A stretch of DNA of 64,000 nucleotides from Tepidisphaera sp. GTDB taxonomy: Bacteria > Planctomycetota > Phycisphaerae > Phycisphaerales > UBA1924. Positions 27,687 to 35,511 of the stretch are shown here, piece by piece (the stretch's first letter is position 1; each line of letters starts with the position of its first letter). Position numbers and translations under genes: made by a program. The stretch spans positions 2,752,001 to 2,816,000 of the forward strand of contig CP051526.1 in the NCBI GenBank assembly GCA_050916045.1, given 5' to 3'. The notes beneath the pieces were generated by a model. That model saw only the letters and a list, made by a program, of their open reading frames with translations. It was not told the origin of the DNA and ran no database searches.

Positions 27687-27719
27687 GCGCGACACTTCTG
27701 CGGGGTCGTGCACATATAG
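27687..27719 (+). promoter_or_regulatory. Phage bipartite motif copy 3, upstream of the head/tail operon
   Basis: GCGCGACA-cttctgcgggg-TCGTGCACATATAG, 15 nt before ATG 27735. Confidence 0.75.
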
Positions 27720-27734
27720 AGGGCAAGGACCTCC

Positions 27735-27941
27735 ATGCCCGACCCCGCCCCCAATCTCAACCAGACCATCCGCGACAACGCCGCTCAGCCTGCCAAGGCG
27801 TCCGTCGACGGCCAGTCCGTCGAGCAGCACCCGCTGAAAGACCAGATCGAGGCCGATCGCTACCTCGCGTCCAAGGAAGCCGCGAGGAAGCCCGGCCTCG
27901 GCATCAGGTTCGCCAAGATCGTCCCTCCCGGTTCTGTCTGA
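27735..27941 (+). CDS. Small head-associated protein (gpW-like position)
   Basis: 68 aa between terminase and portal; ASVDGQSVEQ pattern. Confidence 0.6.
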   Translation: MPDPAPNLNQTIRDNAAQPAKASVDGQSVEQHPLKDQIEADRYLASKEAARKPGLGIRFAKIVPPGSV

Positions 27942-27952
27942 CCCGATCCCCC

Positions 27953-29524
27953 ATGCTCAAGACCATCGCCAACATCCTGAGCCGGGCCACGCGGGGAATC
28001 ACTCCCAGCGATCTCTCCCCCTCCTCCGCACCTGCGCGAGGCTCGCATGGACGCGAGCCGCGTGCGGGAAGCGGAGCGCGTCGACTCGTCGTCGCCAAGT
28101 TCGACTCGGCCAAGACCACGCCGGAGAACCGCAAGCACTGGGCGAACGCGGACGGCCTTTCACCCAACGCCGCGATCAACCCGGAGGTGCGGCGCGTCCT
28201 CCGCAACCGCGCCCGCTACGAGGTCGCCAACAACTCCTACGCCAAGGGCATCGTCCTCACGCTCGCCAACGACACCATCGGCACCGGTCCCCGGCTGCAG
28301 ATGCTCACTGACGACGCCGATGCGAATGCTCGCATCGAGGATGCGTTCGAGCAGTGGTCACGGGCGGTCGACCTCCCCGGAAAGCTCCGCACCATGCGGC
28401 TGGCCCGGGCAGAGAGCGGTGAGGCGTTCGCGCTCCTGGTCAATAACCCTGGCATTGCGTCGGCGGGCTCGCCGGTATCTCTTGACCTCAAGCTCATCGA
28501 GGCCGACCAGGTCTGCACGCCCCTGCTCCGCCGCGGGCGCAACGAAGAGGTCGACGGCATTGCGCTCGACGCGTGGGGTAACCCCTCCGCGTACCGAGTG
28601 CTCAAGCGGCACCCCGGTGACAGCGGCGTGTTCCGCACGCCGATCGACGACCTCACGGCCTACGACACGTTTCCTGCGTCATCGGTCGTGCATTACTTCC
28701 GTCCGGACCGGCCCGGCCAACTCCGCGGCATCCCTGACATCACGCCCGCGCTCCCGCTGTTTGCGCAGCTCCGCCGGTACACGCTGGCGACGATCGCGGC
28801 CGCCGAGACCGCCGCCAACTTCGCCGCCGTCATCTACACCGACAGCCCTGCCAACGGCGAGGCCGATCCGCTCGAGCCGATGGACGAGGTCGAACTCGAG
28901 CAGCGTCTCGCCACCGTACTTCCGGGCGGATGGAAGCTCGGCCAGGTGCATGCCGAGCAGCCGACGACGACGTTCGGCGAGTTCAAGCGCGAGATCCTCA
29001 ACGAGATCGCCCGCTGCCTGAACATGCCGTTCAACGTCGCGGCCGGCAACTCCTCGGGGTACAACTACGCCAGCGGTCGCCTTGACCACCAGGTGTACTA
29101 CAAGAGCATCCGCGTCGAGCAGCACCACTTGCAGCTCGCCGTGCTCGATCGCATCCTGAAGGCGTGGCTCAACGAGGCCGTGCTTGTCGAAGGGCTGCTC
29201 CCGCAATCTCTGCGGACCATTGCCGCCACCCTGCCCGAGCATGCGTGGTTCTGGGATGGCGTCGAGCACGTCGATCCCGCCAAAGAAGCGAACGCCCAGG
29301 CCACGCGCCTGGCCAATCACACGACCACGCTCGCCGCCGAGTTCGCCCGGCAAGGCCGCGACTGGGAGCAGGAGCTCCGCCAGCGTGCCAAAGAACTCAC
29401 GCTCATGAACGAACTCGGCCTCGCGCTCGCAACCGCACCGGCCGCCGCTCCGGCTGCGAACGCCCCCGCCGAAGACCCCGCAGACCAAGTTGATGAGGAG
29501 ACCGCCAGTGCCAGTCACCGCTGA
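27953..29524 (+). CDS. Portal protein, lambda family
   Basis: LRNRARYEVANN, RPGQLRGIP, NYASGR, HVDPAKE. Confidence 0.9.
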   Translation: MLKTIANILSRATRGITPSDLSPSSAPARGSHGREPRAGSGARRLVVAKFDSAKTTPENRKHWANADGLSPNAAINPEVRRVLRNRARYEVANNSYAKGIVLTLANDTIGTGPRLQMLTDDADANARIEDAFEQWSRAVDLPGKLRTMRLARAESGEAFALLVNNPGIASAGSPVSLDLKLIEADQVCTPLLRRGRNEEVDGIALDAWGNPSAYRVLKRHPGDSGVFRTPIDDLTAYDTFPASSVVHYFRPDRPGQLRGIPDITPALPLFAQLRRYTLATIAAAETAANFAAVIYTDSPANGEADPLEPMDEVELEQRLATVLPGGWKLGQVHAEQPTTTFGEFKREILNEIARCLNMPFNVAAGNSSGYNYASGRLDHQVYYKSIRVEQHHLQLAVLDRILKAWLNEAVLVEGLLPQSLRTIAATLPEHAWFWDGVEHVDPAKEANAQATRLANHTTTLAAEFARQGRDWEQELRQRAKELTLMNELGLALATAPAAAPAANAPAEDPADQVDEETASASHR

Positions 29525-31451
29525 CAAGACCAAGACCATCCCAGCCCTCACGCTCACTGCAACCGCCGACATCACCGTCGCCGCCGCTGCTGACGGGCAG
29601 AGCGCTCCGTTGCCACGCTTCAAGATGGTCGCGTACACCGGTGGCGCGATGCGCGTCGCGGGCTGGCGGCACCCCGTCGTGATCGATCTCGCAGGCCTGG
29701 CGGTCCCGTCGCAGGCACGCCCCATCCGCTTCGGACACGACCCGCTGTCGGGCGTCGGCCACACCGATTCGATCCGCGTTGAGGCCGGGCAGCTCGTGGC
29801 GACAGGCGTGATCTCGCGTGACACGAGCGCAGCCAAGGAAGTCGTCGCGTCCTCGCGGAACGGCTTCCCGTGGCAAGCCTCCGTCGGCGCGAGCGTCGAG
29901 GAGTTCGAGTTCATCAAGGACAACCAGAAGGCGACGGTCAACGGCCAGGAACTCACCGGCCCGGTCAACGTCGTCCGCAAGGCCACGCTCGGCGAGATCA
30001 GTTTCGTGGATCTCGGCGCAGACGGCCGCACCAGCGCGAGCATCGCCGCGCGTCAGAACAAGGAGCCCAGCGTCATGGCCGACGATCCCACGACTTCCAA
30101 TCCCACCCCGTCCCCATTCATCGCCACCGAGCAGACGCCCGAGCAGGTCCGCGCTGCAGCCCTTGCTGAGACCGCCCGCATCGCCGCCGTCCGCAAGGTC
30201 TGCGGCGGCAAGCACAGCGAGATCGAAGCCCAGGCCATCCGCGACAACTGGGATGCCACGCGCACCGAGCTCGAGGTCCTCCGCGCCAGCCGCCCCAAGG
30301 CCCCAGCCATCCACGCTCCGGATAACAGCGTCACCAGCGAGGTGCTCGAAGCCGCGTGCTTCCAGAGCGCCAAGCTCGAGGGCATCGAGAAGGTTTGCTC
30401 CACACAGGCAATCGAGATCGCCGCCAAGCGGTTCCAGGGCGGCCTGGGCCTGCAGGAACTGCTCTTCGAGGCCGCGATCGCCAACGGCTACACCGGCCGC
30501 ACGTTCCGCGACAGCCGCCGCGTGCTCGAGGCCGCGTTCGGACGCGGCATCGAGGCGGGCATGACCACCATCGATGTGGGTGGCATCCTCTCCAACGTCG
30601 CCAACAAGTTCCTGCTCGAGGGCTTCTTCAGCGTCGAGCGCGTGTGGCGGAGCATCTGCGCCGTCCGCAACGTCAGCGACTTCAAGACCGTCACCAGCTA
30701 CCGCCTGGTCGGCAAGGACCAGTACGAGCAGGTCGCCCCCGGCGGCGAGCTCAAGCAGGGCACGCTCGGCGAGGAGACCTACACCAACAAGGCCGACACC
30801 TACGGCCTGATGCTCTCGATCGACCGCCGCGACATCATCAACGACGACCTCGGCGCGATCACCACGGTCCCCCGCAAGCTCGGTCGTGGCTCGGGCCTGA
30901 AGATCAACGACGTCTTCTGGACGGCGTTCATGAACAACGCCGCGTTCTTCAGCGCCGGCAACAAGAACTTCGTCTCGGGCGCGGACACCGCGCTCGGCAT
31001 CGACGGCCTCACCAAGGGCGAGGTCGCCTTCATGGACCTCGTGGACTCCGACGGCAAGCCCACCGGCGTGATGCCCGCGATCCTGCTGGTGCCCACGGCG
31101 CTCTCGGCGATGGGCACGCAGCTCTACAAGAGCGTCGAGCTCCGGGACACGACCGCGAACACCAAGTTCCCCGTCGCCAACCCGCACCAGGGCAAGTTCC
31201 GCATCGAGGTCAGCCGTTACCTCTCCAACGCCCTCTACACCGGCAACTCGGCCAAGGCGTGGTACCTCCTCGCGGACCCCAGCGACCTGCCCGTCATCGA
31301 GATGGCGTTCCTCAACGGGCAGGAAGCCCCGACCGTCGAGACGTCCGATGCGGACTTCAACATGCTCGGCATCCGGATGCGTGGGTACCACGACTTCGGC
31401 GTCAACCTGCAGGACCCGCGCGGCGGCGTGAAGAGCAAGGGCGAGGTGTAA
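29508..31451 (+). CDS. Prohead protease-major capsid fusion (Mu gpT-like capsid domain)
   Basis: N-terminal protease-like AYTGG...H...WQASVG...EISFV; capsid VSDFK, TYG, IINDDLG, AWYL, DFG; GAGGAG RBS. Confidence 0.85.
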   Translation: MPVTADKTKTIPALTLTATADITVAAAADGQSAPLPRFKMVAYTGGAMRVAGWRHPVVIDLAGLAVPSQARPIRFGHDPLSGVGHTDSIRVEAGQLVATGVISRDTSAAKEVVASSRNGFPWQASVGASVEEFEFIKDNQKATVNGQELTGPVNVVRKATLGEISFVDLGADGRTSASIAARQNKEPSVMADDPTTSNPTPSPFIATEQTPEQVRAAALAETARIAAVRKVCGGKHSEIEAQAIRDNWDATRTELEVLRASRPKAPAIHAPDNSVTSEVLEAACFQSAKLEGIEKVCSTQAIEIAAKRFQGGLGLQELLFEAAIANGYTGRTFRDSRRVLEAAFGRGIEAGMTTIDVGGILSNVANKFLLEGFFSVERVWRSICAVRNVSDFKTVTSYRLVGKDQYEQVAPGGELKQGTLGEETYTNKADTYGLMLSIDRRDIINDDLGAITTVPRKLGRGSGLKINDVFWTAFMNNAAFFSAGNKNFVSGADTALGIDGLTKGEVAFMDLVDSDGKPTGVMPAILLVPTALSAMGTQLYKSVELRDTTANTKFPVANPHQGKFRIEVSRYLSNALYTGNSAKAWYLLADPSDLPVIEMAFLNGQEAPTVETSDADFNMLGIRMRGYHDFGVNLQDPRGGVKSKGEV

Positions 31452-31580
31452 GCCATGCCCGTGCAGGGAAGCACAGGCGCTGGGGGGCTCGGCGGCGAGC
31501 TCCCCGGCGAACTCGGAAGCGGCATCGATCAGCAATCGGGCATCGACACCGATGGCCCACCAACAGATGGAGGTTCAGGA

Positions 31581-31928
31581 ATGGCTTCAGGACCAGCAAA
31601 GTTCGTTCAGGAAGGCGGCTCGATCGACTACACCCCCGGCGCTGACGTGCTCGTCGGCGCGGTGGTGGTGCAGGCCGACCTCATCGGCGTCACGCAGGCA
31701 CCGATCAAGGCGGGCCAGTTGGGATCGCTCGCCGTCACCGGCGTCTTCGATTTCAACAAGGCGATCGGCGGTGGCAGCGCCATCCCTGCGGGCACGCTCA
31801 CGTACTGGGATGCGGCCGCCCAGAACGCCACCAAGAACGCGGCCGCCGGCGCAAACAAGCTGATCGGCAAGGCGGTGAAGGCCACCGTCGACGCCGACAC
31901 CATCGTTCGCGTGCGGTTGCAGCAATAA
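31581..31928 (+). CDS. DUF2190-like head decoration/cement protein
   Basis: AKFVQEGGSIDYTP...GVF...YWD...IGKA...VRVRL; follows capsid; an upstream in-frame ATG at 31455 is also possible. Confidence 0.8.
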   Translation: MASGPAKFVQEGGSIDYTPGADVLVGAVVVQADLIGVTQAPIKAGQLGSLAVTGVFDFNKAIGGGSAIPAGTLTYWDAAAQNATKNAAAGANKLIGKAVKATVDADTIVRVRLQQ

Positions 31929-31937
31929 GGAGCACCT

Positions 31938-32315
31938 GTGGGCGACCTGCTCGATCGCGGCGCGGCATTCCTCGATGCCCAGCGTCACCAGCACCTCTCC
32001 CGCCCGGTCCTCTACCGGCGTGGCACGGACGAGAAAGAAGTCCAGGCCACCATCGGCAAGACCGAGTTCGAGCAGGCCGACGACGCGGGACTCATTCACC
32101 GAGTGGAGTCGCGGGACTTCCTCGTGCGGACGGCGGAACTGGATCTGGGCGCTGGCCCGATCCTCCCGCGGGCGGGCGACCAGATGCGAGAGACGGTCGG
32201 TTTGAGCGTGTTCGTGTACGAGGTCAATGCGCCCGGCGGCCAGCCGCCATTCCGGTACAGCGACCCGTACCGCAGGGTTCTTCGGATTCACACCAAGCAC
32301 ATCGCAACGGAGTAA
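31938..32315 (+). CDS. Putative head-tail joining/closure protein
   Basis: AAGGAG RBS; size and position after head genes. Confidence 0.65.
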   Translation: MGDLLDRGAAFLDAQRHQHLSRPVLYRRGTDEKEVQATIGKTEFEQADDAGLIHRVESRDFLVRTAELDLGAGPILPRAGDQMRETVGLSVFVYEVNAPGGQPPFRYSDPYRRVLRIHTKHIATE

Positions 32316-32317
32316 CG

Positions 32318-32611
32318 ATGGCAGAAGGCAACGGACAGAACGGCAGTGCTCGGTGGGCCGGAGTGGTCGTCACCGTCGTGCTCGCGGCGGGCGCGATGAC
32401 CATCCAGTGGGGCGTGGTGACCACCAAGCTCCAGCAGGTGGAGAAGCGGCTCGACGAGTTCATCGGCGAGGCCCGCAGCATCCGCGCTCAGTACGCCGAG
32501 ATGGAACGCAAGATCTGGTTCCTCGAGGGCAAGCTCTCCGGGCTGACATCCAACTCGCCACGACAGAGCGTGCCAACGACGGGCTCGCCTGTGATCGGAG
32601 GCGGCCCTTGA
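32318..32611 (+). CDS. Small membrane protein (one TM plus coiled coil; holin-like candidate)
   Basis: Hydrophobic WAGVVVTVVLAAGAMTI followed by heptad repeats. Confidence 0.6.
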   Translation: MAEGNGQNGSARWAGVVVTVVLAAGAMTIQWGVVTTKLQQVEKRLDEFIGEARSIRAQYAEMERKIWFLEGKLSGLTSNSPRQSVPTTGSPVIGGGP

Positions 32612-33039
32612 GCACGATTGCCGCCCTCGCCGACGCCGTCGCAGCGCACGTGAGCGCCGGGTCCTTCGGGCAGCCGCTCACGGCCGTGCGGATGTTCCAG
32701 CCCGCGTTCACGCTGGAGGACCTCAAGGACCTACGGGTCTCGGTGGTTCCCCGCACGCTGCAGATGTCGCCGGTGACGCGGGACAGCCTGGCCATCGAGT
32801 ACGTCGTGGATGTGGGCGTGCAGAAGAAGCTCCCCGCCGAAGGGGTGGACGCGGCGATCGATGAACTGCTCGTGCTGGTCGAGGCGATCGCGGATCACCT
32901 GCGTTTCAAACGGCTGGAGGGCTTCCCTGACGCGGCGTGGGTCGGGATCAGCAACGAGCCGGTGGTGTCGAGCGAGGCGCTCGAACAGCACCGGGTGTTC
33001 ACGAGTGTCCTGAGTGTGACGTACCGCGAGCGGAGGTAG
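32608..33039 (+). CDS. Putative tail terminator/completion protein
   Basis: TTG start after GGAGG; 143 aa; position just before tail tube. Confidence 0.6.
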   Translation: MSTIAALADAVAAHVSAGSFGQPLTAVRMFQPAFTLEDLKDLRVSVVPRTLQMSPVTRDSLAIEYVVDVGVQKKLPAEGVDAAIDELLVLVEAIADHLRFKRLEGFPDAAWVGISNEPVVSSEALEQHRVFTSVLSVTYRERR

Positions 33040-33042
33040 TGC

Positions 33043-33300
33043 GTGAGGAATGCGATCATCTTCAAAGTCGATCTGGACGGAGGCGACAAGCCGCTGTCGG
33101 CGACGAAGCTCGTGGCGACCTTCACGCTCACGGCATCGCACAAGAACACGCAGGACCTGCTGTTGTCTGACGGCAAGACGGATCCGATCGATGTCGCGCC
33201 GGGCACGCAGTACTACTTCGAACGGGTCAACCTGGCGGACATTCTGGTCAAGAGCAAGGGCGGCGAGACGGTCTTCGTGGTCGGCCACAGCGCCGAGTGA
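33043..33300 (+). CDS. Small beta-rich phage structural hypothetical protein
   Basis: 85 aa ORF with GGAGG RBS. Confidence 0.65.
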   Translation: MRNAIIFKVDLDGGDKPLSATKLVATFTLTASHKNTQDLLLSDGKTDPIDVAPGTQYYFERVNLADILVKSKGGETVFVVGHSAE

Positions 33301-33312
33301 AAGGAGTCAGTG

Positions 33313-33741
33313 ATGGCAATCAAGCTCGGCATGGAAGCCGCCCTCAAGTACAAGACGGGCGGGCAAGCAGGCGCAGGTGCGTGGACGGCGCTGGGCAACA
33401 CCCGCGACGTGACGCTGAACCTCGAGGCGGGCGAGGCGGATGTAACCACGCGTGCCAACAGCGGCTGGCGGGCAACGGTCGCCACGCTCAAGGAAGCGAG
33501 CGTGGAGTTCGAGATGGTCTGGGATACCGGCGATGCCGGGTTCACCGCCATCAAGAACGCTTTCTTCAACAACGATCCCATCGGCCTCCAGATCCTCGAT
33601 GCGGCTGCGGGTCAGGGCCTGCAAGCGGACTTCTCGATCACCAGTTTCAGCCGCAGCGAAGCCCTCGAAGAGGCCATCACCGTGTCGGTGACCGCGAAGG
33701 TCACGTACTCAGCGACGGCGCCTTCATGGATCGGTTCGTAA
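33313..33741 (+). CDS. Major tail tube protein
   Basis: DVTLNLE..EADVTTR..SGW...LKEASVEF pattern; AAGGAG RBS; upstream of chaperones and tape measure. Confidence 0.82.
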   Translation: MAIKLGMEAALKYKTGGQAGAGAWTALGNTRDVTLNLEAGEADVTTRANSGWRATVATLKEASVEFEMVWDTGDAGFTAIKNAFFNNDPIGLQILDAAAGQGLQADFSITSFSRSEALEEAITVSVTAKVTYSATAPSWIGS

Positions 33742-33825
33742 ACCCGGCGGCGAAGTCGGTGCAACAGGTATTCAAAGGCTGTTCAACCGCTGTGCAACCG
33801 GCACAGCGTCCCAACGGAGGCACGG

Positions 33826-34341
33826 ATGCGGCAGTTCAAGGACAACGCGGGTCGGACCTGGACGGTGGACGTCAACGTCGCCACGCTCAAGCGCGTGCGC
33901 GGGCTCACGGGCGTCGACCTCATGCAGGTCATCGAGGGAACGCTCATCGAGAAGTTTATCCGCGATCCCGTTCTCCTGTGCGACGTGGTCTATGCGGTCT
34001 GCAAGCCCGAGGCAGACGCCGCCAAGGTCTCCGATGAGGAGTTCGGCAAGGCGATGGCGGGCGACGCCATCGAGGCCGCGACGGGCGCGGTGCTGGACGA
34101 ACTCATCAGTTTCTGCCCGAGCCCGAGGGACCGGGCCAACCTCGGGCGGGTGCTCCAGGCCACCAACCGCGTTCTGGACAAGGCCCGCAACCTGACGGAG
34201 AAGCGGATCGAGACGCTGACCAGCGAGAGCGAGCTGGACAGGCTCGTCAACCGGATGGTGCCCCCTCTCCCCGAGCCGCTGACGCCTGGAAGTTCATCTA
34301 CCAGTGCGCCGGAGCTCTCGGCCTCGACCCCGGGCCCCTAA
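33826..34341 (+). CDS. Tail assembly chaperone (gpG-like)
   Basis: GGAGG RBS; position between tail tube and tape measure. Confidence 0.7.
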   Translation: MRQFKDNAGRTWTVDVNVATLKRVRGLTGVDLMQVIEGTLIEKFIRDPVLLCDVVYAVCKPEADAAKVSDEEFGKAMAGDAIEAATGAVLDELISFCPSPRDRANLGRVLQATNRVLDKARNLTEKRIETLTSESELDRLVNRMVPPLPEPLTPGSSSTSAPELSASTPGP

Positions 34342-34355
34342 CGCTCCGCGAGCTG

Positions 34356-34583
34356 ATGGCCATGCTCGATGGCCGCCAGCGCCACGACTGGTCGATCGCC
34401 GCCGCCGTCATGTCTGTGGTGGCTAACACCGCCCGCGATCCCAAGCGATCCCGCCTGCTCAAGCCCGCCGACTTCGACCCATTCCACAAGCCCCAGCGAC
34501 CCGTCAAGGTTGACGTGTCGGTCCTCAAAGACGTGTTCATCGACCGCCGCATGCCGGAGGTCGCCAAGGAGACTCGTGCATGA
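34356..34583 (+). CDS. Tail assembly chaperone second ORF (gpT-like), possibly reached by -1 frameshift
   Basis: No clear RBS; the frame stays open and protein-like upstream, overlapping the previous gene in the -1 frame. Confidence 0.6.
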   Translation: MAMLDGRQRHDWSIAAAVMSVVANTARDPKRSRLLKPADFDPFHKPQRPVKVDVSVLKDVFIDRRMPEVAKETRA

Positions 34584-35071
34584 AGAGCCTGACCACCCGC
34601 CATTACCTCTATCTCGGTGCCCTGATCCTGCTGGCCCTCGTGCTCGCGTCGTGCGCTGGCCTCGACCTTGGCGACATCGTCAAGGTCAAGACGCCCAACA
34701 CCATCCAGCAGACAACGGGGTTGCCGTCGACGCTGAGCCTTAACGAGGCCGAGGTCGAGTACCAGAACTGGTTCAACCTCACGCAGACGACCGGCGCGCA
34801 GTGGAAGGGCAACATCGAGAAGGCCGGCGAGATCCGGGGGCTGCTCGGCCAACTCACGCTCTCGGCCCTCGACACCGTTGGCCCCACCGTCGCGGGCCTG
34901 CCCGTGCTCGGGCCGGCGCTTCCGGCACTCACCGGCATCGTCGGCCTGTTCATCGGGTCGGGCCGTCTCCGCAAGGAGAAGGAGGCGTCGTTCAACAAGG
35001 GTCTGGAGAAGGGCAGCGGTCTCGCTGGCACCGGCGGCGGGACCGGCGGTCCGGCGGGGAGTGGTGCGTGA
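34580..35071 (+). CDS. Predicted lipoprotein with C-terminal hydrophobic segment
   Basis: MKSLTTRH, hydrophobic core, lipobox LASC; AAGGAG RBS. Confidence 0.7.
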   Translation: MKSLTTRHYLYLGALILLALVLASCAGLDLGDIVKVKTPNTIQQTTGLPSTLSLNEAEVEYQNWFNLTQTTGAQWKGNIEKAGEIRGLLGQLTLSALDTVGPTVAGLPVLGPALPALTGIVGLFIGSGRLRKEKEASFNKGLEKGSGLAGTGGGTGGPAGSGA

Positions 35072-35505
35072 TCACCATGCGGATCAAGGACATGTTCTTC
35101 GATCGCCACGTCGTCATGGCGGCGGTCGACAACGCCAAGCGGAAGGTGCTCAGCAAGGCCGGCGCGTTCATCCGCACGGCGGCCAAGACGAGCATCCGCA
35201 AACGCAAGGGGTCGGCTCCTCCCGGGGCCCCGCCCCATTCGCACGAGGGCAGCCTGCGTCGGTTGATCCTCTTTGGGTACGACAAGCCTAACGACTCGGT
35301 CGTCGTCGGGCCGGTGGGGTTCAAGCAGAGCGAGGCACCGAATGTCCTGGAGTACGGCGGCGACACCGTCGTGTTCCGCCGGCGCGGCGGCAAGCTCACA
35401 TCGCAGAAGGTCAAGATCGCGCCGCGGCCCTACATGGCCCCGGCGCTCGAGAAGGAGCGGCCCAACCTGCCGCTCTTGTGGCGGAACTCGATCAAGAAAG
35501 GGTGA
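35068..35505 (+). CDS. HK97 gp10-like tail/neck protein
   Basis: SAPPGAPPHSHEGSLRR, LEYGG, IAPRPYMAPA; basic protein; GTGA overlap. Confidence 0.75.
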   Translation: MITMRIKDMFFDRHVVMAAVDNAKRKVLSKAGAFIRTAAKTSIRKRKGSAPPGAPPHSHEGSLRRLILFGYDKPNDSVVVGPVGFKQSEAPNVLEYGGDTVVFRRRGGKLTSQKVKIAPRPYMAPALEKERPNLPLLWRNSIKKG

Positions 35506-35511
35506 TTGAAC

